A stretch of 64,000 nucleotides of DNA from Lachnospiraceae bacterium 62-26 (GCA_041223685.1 JBCLQR010000015.1), one strand, 5' to 3'. Counted from the first letter of the stretch, positions 30,289-39,734 are shown. Numbers and translations are program-made. Notes: generated from the sequence alone by a model not told the origin.

Positions 30289-31188
30289 ATGTTTGACAAG
30301 AACAAAGTAAAACTTGGAATTGCGCCCATTGCATGGACGAACGACGATCTGCCGGATCTGGGAGGAGAGAACACATTTGAGCAGTGTGTCAGTGAGATGG
30401 CGCTGGCCGGATTTACGGGATCGGAGGTAGGAAACAAGTATCCTAAGGATCCGGAAGTCCTGAGGAAGGCTTTGGAGCTTAGAGGGATTGAGATCTGTAA
30501 TCAGTGGTTCTCCTCTTTCCTGATCACGAAGCCGTTTGAAGAGGTGGAGAAGGAGTTCCGTGCACAGCTTACATTCTTAAAGGCCATGGGAGCGAAGATC
30601 ATCGGCGCTTCTGAGCAGAGCCACAGTGTGCAGGGACAGCAGGATACGCCGATCTTCGGGCATAAGTATGTGATGAACGACGAAGAGTGGAAGACCTTCT
30701 GCGACGGCATGAACCGTCTTGGCAAGATTGCGAAGGAGGAGTACGGGATTGCCCTTACCTTCCATCATCATATGGGAACCGTGGTACAGAACCCGGATGA
30801 GGTGGAGCGCATGATGGAGAACACGGATCCGGAATATGTAAGCCTGCTGTTTGATACGGGGCATTTTACATACTGCGGGGCTGATCCGCTTGAGATGGTG
30901 ACCAAGTATGTGGACAGGATCAAGCATGTCCACCTGAAGGATATCCGTCCGGAGGTAGTAGAGAAGGTCAAAGCAGAGAACTTAAGCTTCCTTGAAGGTG
31001 TAAGGATGGGAACCTTTACGGTGCCGGGAGACGGATGCATTGATTTTGATCCTATTTTCAAGGTTCTTGAGGATCACAATTATGAAGGATATATGCTGGT
31101 AGAGGCGGAGCAGGATCCGGCGAAGGCGAATCCGTTAGAGTATGCCGTTAAGGCAAGGAAGTTTATCGCAGAGAAGACAGGGCTTTAA
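30289..31188 (+). CDS. iolE: IolE-like (myo-inosose-2 dehydratase family) xylose-isomerase-like TIM-barrel protein, paralog 1
   Basis: 299 aa; N-terminal [37 protein letters not shown] and internal [15 protein letters not shown] motifs typical of the IolE family. Confidence 0.75.
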   Translation: MFDKNKVKLGIAPIAWTNDDLPDLGGENTFEQCVSEMALAGFTGSEVGNKYPKDPEVLRKALELRGIEICNQWFSSFLITKPFEEVEKEFRAQLTFLKAMGAKIIGASEQSHSVQGQQDTPIFGHKYVMNDEEWKTFCDGMNRLGKIAKEEYGIALTFHHHMGTVVQNPDEVERMMENTDPEYVSLLFDTGHFTYCGADPLEMVTKYVDRIKHVHLKDIRPEVVEKVKAENLSFLEGVRMGTFTVPGDGCIDFDPIFKVLEDHNYEGYMLVEAEQDPAKANPLEYAVKARKFIAEKTGL

Positions 31189-31212
31189 ACCAGAGAAGAC
31201 AGGGCTTTAAAC
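31169..31212 (+). repeat. Perfect 22-bp tandem duplication spanning the iolE-like stop codon
   Basis: CAGAGAAGACAGGGCTTTAAAC at 31169-31190 repeated exactly at 31191-31212. Confidence 0.8.
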
Positions 31213-31274
31213 CGGCGCGGAAAGATTGCCGGTAAGTGATACAGTCACATAAACAGGAAGGAGATAAGAAGATT

Positions 31275-32288
31275 ATGGTTACAGTAGGTATTATCGGAGC
31301 AGGAAGAATCGGAAGAGTTCACGTGGAGAGCATTTGTACAAAGGTGGGCAATGCAAAGATCAAGGCCCTTGCGGATCCGTTCATGAACGAGGAGACAGAA
31401 CTCTGGGCAAAGAAGATGGGTGTGGAGAAGACGACGAAGGATTACAAGGAGATCCTTGCAGATCCTGAGATCGATGCAGTGCTGATCTGTTCCTCCACAG
31501 ATACACATTCACCAATCTCTGTAGAGGCGATCCAGGCAGGAAAGCATGTATTCTGCGAGAAGCCGATCGACCATGATGTGGCGAAGATCAAGGAGGTTAT
31601 AACTGCGCTTGAGAAGAACCAGGTGAAATACCAGGTAGGCTTCAACCGCAGATTCGACCACAACTTTGAGGCGGTAAGAGATGCGGTGGCGGCAGGCAGG
31701 ATCGGAGATACACATATCATCAAGATCACATCCAGAGATCCGGAGCCGCCGTGTGCAGACTATGTGAAGGTATCAGGCGGAATGTTCCTGGATATGACCA
31801 TCCATGATTTCGATATGGTGCGTTTCCTTGCAGGATGCAATGCAACAGAGGTTTATGTAGAGGCAGCGGTCCTTGTGGATCCGGCGATCGGAGAAGCAGG
31901 AGACGTAGATACGGCAGTGATCACGCTCAAGATGGAGAACGGCGCGATCGCAGTTATTGATAATTCAAGACAGGCCGTATATGGATACGACCAGAGAGCG
32001 GAAGTATTTGGCTCTAAGGGAATGGTGGCAACGGGAAATGACACTGCAAGTGCCGCAGTGATCAGTAACGTGGACGGCGTGACTGGAGAGAAGCCGCTTC
32101 ACTTCTTCCTGGAGCGTTATATGGATGCATATGCGAAGGAGATTAAGTGCTTTATCGAGGCAATCGAGAATGATTCTGAAACTCCTCTTGGAGTGGAGGA
32201 CGGATTGCAGCCGGTACTGATGGGACTTGCGGCGAAGAAGTCCTTGGAGGAGCATCGTCCGGTGAAGATCTCTGAGATCAGCGCGTAA
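31275..32288 (+). CDS. Gfo/Idh/MocA family NAD-dependent inositol dehydrogenase paralog (IolX/IolW-like)
   Basis: Start ATG 31275 (MVTVGIIGAGRIGRVH, RBS AAGGAGATAAGAAG); Rossmann GxGxxG, conserved EKP motif (VFCEKPI) and GFNRRFD. Confidence 0.8.
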   Translation: MVTVGIIGAGRIGRVHVESICTKVGNAKIKALADPFMNEETELWAKKMGVEKTTKDYKEILADPEIDAVLICSSTDTHSPISVEAIQAGKHVFCEKPIDHDVAKIKEVITALEKNQVKYQVGFNRRFDHNFEAVRDAVAAGRIGDTHIIKITSRDPEPPCADYVKVSGGMFLDMTIHDFDMVRFLAGCNATEVYVEAAVLVDPAIGEAGDVDTAVITLKMENGAIAVIDNSRQAVYGYDQRAEVFGSKGMVATGNDTASAAVISNVDGVTGEKPLHFFLERYMDAYAKEIKCFIEAIENDSETPLGVEDGLQPVLMGLAAKKSLEEHRPVKISEISA

Positions 32289-32377
32289 TCCGAGTGAGCA
32301 GTAGTTTTCTCGTTAATTTTCACACCCTTCGCCGATCACACAGCTGATTGAGTGGAGCCGATATAAGATACACATCC

Positions 32378-32425
32378 AACGGGACTGCCCCTGGCCGAAG
32401 ACGGCTTTTAACGGGCAGTCCCGTT
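32378..32425 (+). terminator. Long hairpin after the dehydrogenase gene (possible terminator or attenuator)
   Basis: 13-bp stem AACGGGACTGCCC / GGGCAGTCCCGTT with 22-nt loop, followed by only a weak T tract (TATAATTCTC). Confidence 0.35.
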
Positions 32426-32575
32426 TATAATTCTCAACTGCATAGAATAAAAGCTATATAGAATCCGGCGGGGATTTGCTTCTATTTTTATAAGGTGATA
32501 TAATAGACCTTGACTTTCGGGAGACACTACATCAGAAGGATATGTGCAGTCTGCCCGCAGCAGGGAGGGAAGGAT

Positions 32576-33604
32576 ATGGCAGTAACCTTACAACAGATCG
32601 CAGAAGCGGCCGGAGTCTCCAGAGGAACGGTAGACCGGGCTTTGAACAATAGAGGAAGAATCAATGCGGAGGTGGCGGACAGGATCCGGAGAATCGCAGA
32701 TGAGATGGGATATCAGCCCAACCGGGCGGGCAGGGCGCTGGCGATGTCGAAACGGTCGATCACCATAGGCGTGCTTATCCAGGCGGCGGAGACGCCGTTT
32801 ATGGAGAATGTCATTGAGGGCGCAGAGGATGCCAAGGCAGAGGTAGAGCGTCTCGGCGCGGATGTGATCATCCGCAGGATGGAGGATTTTGATGCCGGGA
32901 AGGCGGTTGAGGCGATGTATGAGCTTAAGAAGGCGGGATGCAACGGGATCGCCATGATCCCGGTGGACGACGGGGAGCTTAAGGAGACGGTCAACAGATT
33001 CGCCGATGAGAATATACCGGTGATCACGTTTAACTCGGATATCGAAGAGTCGAAGAGGCTCTGCTTTGTGGGGCAGGATACTTACCAGAGCGGAAGAGTG
33101 GCGGCGGGCCTGATGGCCGATATTCTCCCGGCAGACGGGAAGGTACTTGTCATATCAGGATATCCGACCAGTTACGGACATAAGAACCGGACAAAAGGAT
33201 TTCTTGGAGAATTTGCGGCGCTCAGGGAGGATGTCCGGGTACTGGATGTACAGTATGATTTTGACGACGACCATATGGCGGAGATGATCACGAGGGGAAT
33301 GCTTAAGGAGTACGAGGATCTGTCCGGCATCTATCTTGCGGCGTCCGGGGTAGAGGGTGTGTGTAAGGCGCTTAAGGATTTTGGCATGGAAGAGAAGGTG
33401 AAGGTGATCTCTAATGACCTGACTGCCCGGAACGTGCAGTATCTTAGGGAGGGGAAGATCCGCTTCCTGATCGGGCAGGACGGTTACCGCCAGGGGTATG
33501 AGCCGGTCATGCTGTTATTTGAGAAGATTTTTGACGGCAAAGAACCAGAGAAAGAATATGCCTACACGGAGATTGTGATCAAGACCAGGTATAATCTTGT
33601 ATAG
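32576..33604 (+). CDS. LacI family transcriptional regulator
   Basis: Start ATG 32576 (MAVTLQQIAEAAGVSRGTVDRALNN, RBS GGGAGGGAAGGA); N-terminal HTH plus periplasmic-binding-protein-like sugar-binding core. Confidence 0.85.
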   Translation: MAVTLQQIAEAAGVSRGTVDRALNNRGRINAEVADRIRRIADEMGYQPNRAGRALAMSKRSITIGVLIQAAETPFMENVIEGAEDAKAEVERLGADVIIRRMEDFDAGKAVEAMYELKKAGCNGIAMIPVDDGELKETVNRFADENIPVITFNSDIEESKRLCFVGQDTYQSGRVAAGLMADILPADGKVLVISGYPTSYGHKNRTKGFLGEFAALREDVRVLDVQYDFDDDHMAEMITRGMLKEYEDLSGIYLAASGVEGVCKALKDFGMEEKVKVISNDLTARNVQYLREGKIRFLIGQDGYRQGYEPVMLLFEKIFDGKEPEKEYAYTEIVIKTRYNLV

Positions 33605-33648
33605 ACATAATGAATAAAAATGTTTTGTGAAAATTGTGTAAAATGCCA

Positions 33649-33670
33649 ATTGCGTTCACGTGAACGCAAT
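33649..33670. promoter_or_regulatory. 22-bp perfect palindrome ATTGCGTTCACGTGAACGCAAT, candidate LacI-type operator upstream of the iolG-like gene
   Basis: Perfect inverted repeat about 70 nt upstream of the 33740 start; same 18-bp core recurs at 34776-34793. Confidence 0.5.
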
Positions 33671-33739
33671 GATAAAATAACAACATAAAGAAACAAAGTC
33701 ATGAGAAACATATAAAAAGCAGGAAAGGTGGAAAACAAA

Positions 33740-34744
33740 ATGTTAAGAGTAGGAGTTATCGGTTGCGGCGGAATGGGAAGAGACCATATCAGGAGGATCA
33801 CAGAGAGGATTCAGGGAGCTGAGGTTGTGGCAGTATCAGATGTATTTGAAGAGGGTGCGAAGAAGGCGGCAGAGATTGCCGGAGGAGCCAGGGTATATAC
33901 GGACGGCAAAGCACTGATCAATGATCCGGAGGTTGACGCGGTTCTGATTGTTTCACCCGGATTTGCGCATGTAGAGGATCTTCTTGAGGCAATTAAGGCC
34001 GGCAAGCGAGTATTCTGCGAGAAACCGCTCTGTACAACAGCGGAGGACTGCAAGAAGGTTATGGACGCGGAAGAGGCATCCGGCAGGCATCTGATCCAGT
34101 TAGGATTCATGCGCCGTTACCACAAGGGATACAACCAGATCAAGGATGCGATTGCCACAGGAGAGTACGGCGAACCGCTGATGATGCACTGTACGCACAG
34201 GAATCCTGAGGTGGGGACAAATTACAACACGCCGATGGCAGTACATGATACCGTGATCCATGAGATTGATCTCTGCCACTGGCTGGTAGATGATGATTAT
34301 GAGAGCGTACAGGTGATCATGCCGAAGGTTACCAAGTACTCACATTCAGAGCTTAAGGATCCTCAGATCATGCTGATGCGCACGAAGAGCGGTATCTGCA
34401 TTGACGTAGAGTGCTTCGTGAACTGCAAGTTTGGCTATGATATCAACTGCGAGGTTGTATGTGAGGACGGCGCTCTTAAGATGGGAGCTCCGATGGCTCC
34501 GTCTATCCGTAAGAATGCGGCGGCTTCTACAGAGATCACGACAGACTGCTTCGTACTGTTCAAGGATGCATATGACGCGGAGATCCAGAACTGGGTAGAT
34601 TGTGCAAAGAAGGATGTGATTGAAGGGCCGACCACGTGGGACGGATATCTGGCGGCAGTTACAGCGGATGCGCTGGTGAAGGCTCAGGAAACGGGGAATA
34701 TCGAGAAGGTTGTAACGGTTGAGAAGCCGGAATTTTATAAGTAA
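33740..34744 (+). CDS. iolG: myo-inositol 2-dehydrogenase-like (IolG-type) Gfo/Idh/MocA oxidoreductase
   Basis: Start ATG 33740 (MLRVGVIGCGGMGRDH; the track start 33728 is a GTG); VFCEKPLCTTAEDC, QLGFMRRYH, GEPLMMHCTHRNP resemble the B. subtilis IolG pattern. Confidence 0.8.
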   Translation: MLRVGVIGCGGMGRDHIRRITERIQGAEVVAVSDVFEEGAKKAAEIAGGARVYTDGKALINDPEVDAVLIVSPGFAHVEDLLEAIKAGKRVFCEKPLCTTAEDCKKVMDAEEASGRHLIQLGFMRRYHKGYNQIKDAIATGEYGEPLMMHCTHRNPEVGTNYNTPMAVHDTVIHEIDLCHWLVDDDYESVQVIMPKVTKYSHSELKDPQIMLMRTKSGICIDVECFVNCKFGYDINCEVVCEDGALKMGAPMAPSIRKNAAASTEITTDCFVLFKDAYDAEIQNWVDCAKKDVIEGPTTWDGYLAAVTADALVKAQETGNIEKVVTVEKPEFYK

Positions 34745-34775
34745 TACTAAGGCAGGAGATTATTTTTTCAGGCAA

Positions 34776-34793
34776 TGCGTTCACGTGAACGCA
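34776..34793. promoter_or_regulatory. 18-bp palindrome TGCGTTCACGTGAACGCA, second copy of the candidate operator
   Basis: Identical core to the 33649-33670 site, about 40 nt upstream of the 34832 start. Confidence 0.5.
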
Positions 34794-34831
34794 AATGAAC
34801 CCGGAGGGAAAAACGAAAGGAGACGACGATC

Positions 34832-35665
34832 ATGAAATTAGGATTTAACGAGGCAACAGCGCTGGAGTGTAAAGGGCAGTCCCTGCTTGCAGATATGGAG
34901 GCATGTGAGAAGTATGGTTTTGATTATATAGAGATTAGATTTGACTGTGTAAAGGATTATCTGAAGGAGCATACGTTAGAGGACCTGGCAGACTGGTTTA
35001 AGAATCATCATCTGAAGCCGTGGGCGTATAACACGCTGATTTTCTTTAACCAGAGAGATGAAGCGGGTGTGAAGGAGATTGATGAGGAGACCGATTTTAT
35101 CATCGAGGTATGCAGGGCGATCGGGATGAAGATGCTGATCACGGTTCCGCAGTTTGATGTAAAGGATAAGAGCGTGTCCGAGATTAAGGAGGAGGCTGTG
35201 GAAAGACTTCGCTATCTGTCCGACAAGGTTGGCTCTGACATCAGGATTTCCCTGGAGTTCTGCGGCGCTCCTAACTGTTCCATCAATCAGTTTGGGACGG
35301 CGTATGACGTAGTGAAAGCGGTAGACAGAGAGAATGTGGGAATTACGGTTGATACCTTCCATTTCCATGAGATGTGTTCTAAGATCGAGGATCTTAAGAA
35401 GGCTGACGGCAGAAAGATTTTCGCATATCACCTGAATGACTGCGAGGATCTGCCTCTTGGTTCCTGCGGCGATGACAAGAGACTGTGGCCGGAAGAGGGT
35501 GTGGTCGATCATGCGGCGATTGCCGGCGCGCTGAAGGAGATTGGATTCGACGGAGTGTGCACGATAGAGGAATTCCGTCCGGAGTATTATGCAATGTCTC
35601 ATGAGGAGAATGTGAAGAAGGCGGCAGAGGTAACGAAGGCATTTGTAGAGAAATATTTCGGCTAA
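34832..35665 (+). CDS. Sugar phosphate isomerase/epimerase, xylose-isomerase-like TIM barrel (IolI/inosose-isomerase-like)
   Basis: 277 aa; AP-endonuclease-2/xylose-isomerase TIM-barrel pattern (..DYIEIRFD.., ..VDTFHFHE.., ..YHLNDCED..). Confidence 0.75.
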   Translation: MKLGFNEATALECKGQSLLADMEACEKYGFDYIEIRFDCVKDYLKEHTLEDLADWFKNHHLKPWAYNTLIFFNQRDEAGVKEIDEETDFIIEVCRAIGMKMLITVPQFDVKDKSVSEIKEEAVERLRYLSDKVGSDIRISLEFCGAPNCSINQFGTAYDVVKAVDRENVGITVDTFHFHEMCSKIEDLKKADGRKIFAYHLNDCEDLPLGSCGDDKRLWPEEGVVDHAAIAGALKEIGFDGVCTIEEFRPEYYAMSHEENVKKAAEVTKAFVEKYFG

Positions 35666-35702
35666 ATGGATTGGGCAGTGCGGGCTGGAAGGAGCAGAAG
35701 AG

Positions 35703-36599
35703 ATGTTAGATAAGAATAAAGTTTCACTTGGTATAGCGCCGATCGGATGGACGAACGACGATATGCCGGACCTGGGGAAAGAGAATACATTTGAACAGAC
35801 GGTAAGCGAGATGGCGCTTGCAGGATTTACGGGATCAGAGGTGGGCAGCCATTATCCTGCGGATCCGGCAGTGCTAAAGAAAGCGCTGGATCTGAGAGGA
35901 ATGACGATCTGTAATCAGTGGTTTTCTTCTTTCCTGATCAGCAGACCGTATGAAGAGACGGAGGAAGCATTTATTAAGCAGTGCGATTTTCTGAAAAAGG
36001 TGGGTGCAAGGTGCATCGGCGTGTCCGAGCAGAGCTTCAGCATCCAGGGAATGACGGACCATCCGATCCAGGAGGGCAAATATGTCATGAATGATGAGGA
36101 GTGGGATCTGCTTACGGGGGGCCTCAACAGGCTTGGAAGGATTGCGAAGGAGAAAGGAATGGTACTTACCTTCCATCATCATATGGGAACGGTTGTGCAG
36201 ACGGAGGAGGAGATAGACCGGTTCATGGCATCTGTGGATCCCGAACTTGTATTCTTGTTGTTTGACAGCGGACACTTGTCGTTTGCAGGGATAGATCCGG
36301 AGAAGGTGCTGAGAAAATATGTGGACCGTGTGCGTCATGTCCACCTGAAAGATCTGAGGAAGCGTGTTGTGGAACAGTCGCGCAATGAGAAATGGAGTTT
36401 CCTGAAAGGAGTGCGCGAGGGAACGTTTACCGTGCCCGGCGACGGGGATGTGGATTTTGCACCGATTTTTAAGATCCTTGAAGAGGCTGATTACAGAGGA
36501 TGGGTAGTGGTAGAGGCGGAGCAGGATCCGGCGAAGGCAAACCCGCTTGAGTACGCTCTTAAGGCAAGAAAGTATATTGCAAAGCATACGGGCTTATAG
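35703..36599 (+). CDS. iolE: IolE-like (myo-inosose-2 dehydratase family) TIM-barrel protein, paralog 2
   Basis: 298 aa; same family motifs as 30289..31188 ([37 protein letters not shown]; LTFHHHMGT; HVHLKD). Confidence 0.75.
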   Translation: MLDKNKVSLGIAPIGWTNDDMPDLGKENTFEQTVSEMALAGFTGSEVGSHYPADPAVLKKALDLRGMTICNQWFSSFLISRPYEETEEAFIKQCDFLKKVGARCIGVSEQSFSIQGMTDHPIQEGKYVMNDEEWDLLTGGLNRLGRIAKEKGMVLTFHHHMGTVVQTEEEIDRFMASVDPELVFLLFDSGHLSFAGIDPEKVLRKYVDRVRHVHLKDLRKRVVEQSRNEKWSFLKGVREGTFTVPGDGDVDFAPIFKILEEADYRGWVVVEAEQDPAKANPLEYALKARKYIAKHTGL

Positions 36600-36641
36600 G
36601 ATAAATTTTAAAAATCCAAAAACAGGAAAGGAGTGTAAGAA

Positions 36642-37541
36642 ATGAAGATAGCATTCGATGTAGATGTATTGGCGAAGCAGATGGGTATTAATGATATGGT
36701 TCATCAGGTTGCGGACTGGGGTTACAAATATATTGAGCAGTCCCCGCACCCGCGTATCAACCCGTTCTACAAGCATCCGTTGTTTTCTAAAGAGTGTGAG
36801 GCGGAGTATAGAAAGGCTCTTCGCGAGACAGGTGTGGAGATCTCCTCTTTTATCGTTGTATACCGCTGGTCCGGTCCGACAGAGGAGCAGCGGCAGATGG
36901 CGGTGGCAAACTGGAAGCGGATGGTTGAGATTGCAGTAGATATGGGAGTACAGGTGATCAACACGGAGCTTTCCGGCGACCCCAATCAGCAGGAAATCTG
37001 CAATGGTATGTGGTTCCGCTCTATGGATGAACTGCTGCCGTTGTTTGAGAAGGAAGGGATCCGTGTAGAGATACAGTCACATCCGTGGGATTTCTGCGAG
37101 TTGAATAATGAGACCTGCGATATGGTGAAGAGTTATCGTTCCGATAATCTGAAATATGTATATTCTTCCCCGCACGGTTTCTTCTACGACAAGGGCGCGG
37201 GCGATGTCCGTTCGATGCTCAAGTACGCGGGCGATGATCTGAGCCATGTATTATTTGCAGATACGTACAACCAGACCAAGGATTGCAGATATATCCTGAA
37301 TCCGCCGTGGCTTAACAGTATGGGAAGAGAAGATGTTTCCATTCATCAGCATAATCCGATGGGAGAAGGGGATGTGGATTTTGACGGGATCTTCGAGACG
37401 CTGAGAGAGATGGATTTTGCAAACAGACAGTTTAAAGCAGGCGGAGACGCAATCTCCTGTGTATCTATCTTCGGATATCCGGAGCGCATGGCGGTTGAAG
37501 CTCCAAAGGCAAGAGAGATCATTGAGCGTGAATTATTATGA
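36642..37541 (+). CDS. Sugar phosphate isomerase/epimerase family TIM-barrel protein
   Basis: 299 aa; xylose-isomerase-like fold pattern; stop overlaps the next gene start (ATGA at 37538-37541). Confidence 0.7.
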   Translation: MKIAFDVDVLAKQMGINDMVHQVADWGYKYIEQSPHPRINPFYKHPLFSKECEAEYRKALRETGVEISSFIVVYRWSGPTEEQRQMAVANWKRMVEIAVDMGVQVINTELSGDPNQQEICNGMWFRSMDELLPLFEKEGIRVEIQSHPWDFCELNNETCDMVKSYRSDNLKYVYSSPHGFFYDKGAGDVRSMLKYAGDDLSHVLFADTYNQTKDCRYILNPPWLNSMGREDVSIHQHNPMGEGDVDFDGIFETLREMDFANRQFKAGGDAISCVSIFGYPERMAVEAPKAREIIERELL

Positions 37542-39661
37542 AATCAGCGGCGGAATTACTGAATTATAAACAAAAGAATAAAGATATGGATGAGTTCATC
37601 AGGGTGCCCGTGTCTGAAAAGCTGGCGTACTGCTTCGGCGATCCGGCTTTGACGCTGATGTATACGATGACAACCACACTTCTGATCTACTTCTATACCA
37701 ATGTGGTTGGTATTTCGGCAGGATCGGTCGGAATGATCATGCTGGTGTCCCGCGTGTTCGACGGCTTCTCGGATGTGTTGATGGGAACCATTATAGACCG
37801 GACTCATTCCAAATACGGGAAATCCAGAATATGGATCTTACGGCTGGCGGTTCCTTATGCGTTAGCGGCAATTATCCTTTTTACGATGCCGGGCATGGGG
37901 CCGAAGGGGAAGATTGTATATGCGTTTGTGACTTATAATATCATGAATACGGTTGTATATACGGCGATCAGCCAGCCGTTCCATGCTCTGGGATCCCTGA
38001 TGAGCCGTGACAGGAGAGAGCGCGATGTAATCTGTAATATCCGTATGGTACTGTCCATTACGGCGAGCATGGTCATCACGGCATTCACGCTTCCGCTGAT
38101 CAATAAGACTGCGGGCATCATCCATCATGAACAGGCGGCGTGGATCCTCGTTACGGCTGTGTATGCCGTCATCTCAGTGTTCGTACTGCTGAACACCTAT
38201 GCGACATGTACCGAGCGTGTACAGACAGCCCAGAAGAGCAAGGAGGATATCCCGTTCTGGATGGCGCTTAAGGCTACGGTGACGAATCCGTATTTCCTGA
38301 TCGCGCTGGGGCTGATGCTGTTCTATACGGTGTATCAGATCATTATAGGGACGGATCTTACATATTATTGTCAGTATGTATTGAATGATGTGGATCTGGT
38401 CATGCCGTTGTCGGCTTCCGAGAAGATTGCAACTATCATCGGAATCGCCCTGCTTCCGAAGCTTCTTCCCAAATTCGGAAAACGAAATCTGATCTGTGCG
38501 GGATGTATTCTTGGCGTTGCCGGGCAGCTCATCTTCCTGATGAATGTTACAAGCGTTCCGTTAGGAGTTGTTACGTGTATTATGAGGGGATTCGGAATCG
38601 CCCCATTCTATGGTGTACAATATTCGCTGCCAAGTGATGCCATTGAATATGGCCAATGGAAGACAGGGCTTAGGATCGAGGGGCTGATGTTCTCATCCAT
38701 GAGCATGGGGCAGAAGGCCGGTTCGGGATTCACGTCTGCTATTATGGGTGCAATCCTCTCTATGGCGGCATTCGACGGACTGAAAGCGACGGCGGCTGAA
38801 CAGACAGCAGAAGCGATTGCGGTGATCAAAGGGTTCTATCTCTATGTACCGATCGCAATCTGGATGATTATGTTCCTGATTGCTCTGTGCTATAAGCTTG
38901 ATAAGAAATATGACCAGATGATGCGGGATCTGATCGCGCGGGAAAGCAAAGCGGAGCATACGGAAAGCGGGCGTGATGATACAGAGCTTATCGGGCAGAA
39001 TGATCACTTAAGCAGATTTAACGCAGACAACCAGGCCGTTGATTGGAAGCAGGGGCAGATTAATATCGCGATCGGGCGGCTCTATGGGGCAAGTGGAAGA
39101 AAGATTGCGGAAGCACTTGCAAAGGAGCTTGGATGCCGGGTGTATGACCGGCAGATCATCTGTATGCTGGGCGAGAAATTCGGAATGGAGACAACGGATA
39201 TCGAGAAGCTTAAGCGGTATCTGGATTCCTATAATGAAGGACGGCAGGTAACGTTCTCCCCTTATTCCATGCCGGGCGCCGGGGTTGCGGAGGATATTAT
39301 AGACACGCAGGTATTTGAAGAGCAGAGCCGGCTGATCATGAAGCTTGCGAAGACGGCGCCGGGAGTCTTCCTCGGACGTTGTGCGAACTTCTTATTGGCG
39401 GAGCTTCCTCACACCTATTCCTTCTTCATCTATGCGGATGATGAATACAGGGAAAGAGAAGGACGGGAATATTACCAGGGACAGACGCTTGAGAAGCTGA
39501 AAGAGCGTGATGAGAAGAGGAGTGAATATTATCTGCGGTACACCGGCACGAAGCGGGACGATCCAGGATGCTATGATATGGTCATCAACGTAAGCAGGAC
39601 GGGCGTTGCCGGCGCGGTGCAGGTGATTATGGATTATATTAAGAAGAAAGAGGAAGAATAG
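37538..39661 (+). CDS. GPH-family sugar:cation symporter fused to a C-terminal cytidylate-kinase-like (Cytidylate_kin2) P-loop domain
   Basis: 707 aa single ORF; residues 1-470 are a 12-TM MelB-like transporter (..YTNVVGISAGSVGMIMLVSRVFDGFSDVLMG..RTHSKYGKSRIWIL); residues 515-707 (INIAIGRLYGASGRKIAEALAKELGCRVYDRQII..) match the standalone cytidylate-kinase-like family. Confidence 0.7.
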   Translation: MKSAAELLNYKQKNKDMDEFIRVPVSEKLAYCFGDPALTLMYTMTTTLLIYFYTNVVGISAGSVGMIMLVSRVFDGFSDVLMGTIIDRTHSKYGKSRIWILRLAVPYALAAIILFTMPGMGPKGKIVYAFVTYNIMNTVVYTAISQPFHALGSLMSRDRRERDVICNIRMVLSITASMVITAFTLPLINKTAGIIHHEQAAWILVTAVYAVISVFVLLNTYATCTERVQTAQKSKEDIPFWMALKATVTNPYFLIALGLMLFYTVYQIIIGTDLTYYCQYVLNDVDLVMPLSASEKIATIIGIALLPKLLPKFGKRNLICAGCILGVAGQLIFLMNVTSVPLGVVTCIMRGFGIAPFYGVQYSLPSDAIEYGQWKTGLRIEGLMFSSMSMGQKAGSGFTSAIMGAILSMAAFDGLKATAAEQTAEAIAVIKGFYLYVPIAIWMIMFLIALCYKLDKKYDQMMRDLIARESKAEHTESGRDDTELIGQNDHLSRFNADNQAVDWKQGQINIAIGRLYGASGRKIAEALAKELGCRVYDRQIICMLGEKFGMETTDIEKLKRYLDSYNEGRQVTFSPYSMPGAGVAEDIIDTQVFEEQSRLIMKLAKTAPGVFLGRCANFLLAELPHTYSFFIYADDEYREREGREYYQGQTLEKLKERDEKRSEYYLRYTGTKRDDPGCYDMVINVSRTGVAGAVQVIMDYIKKKEEE

Positions 39662-39677
39662 CTGATAAAAATCCGAT

Positions 39678-39734
39678 ATTGCGTATGTATAGCTTCCGCG
39701 GGGGTTAGACCGCCAGAGCTTTTACATACGCAAT
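39678..39734. terminator. Long-loop hairpin between convergent genes (possible bidirectional terminator)
   Basis: 12-bp stem ATTGCGTATGTA (39678-39689) / TACATACGCAAT (39723-39734) enclosing a GC-rich 33-nt loop. Confidence 0.35.
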
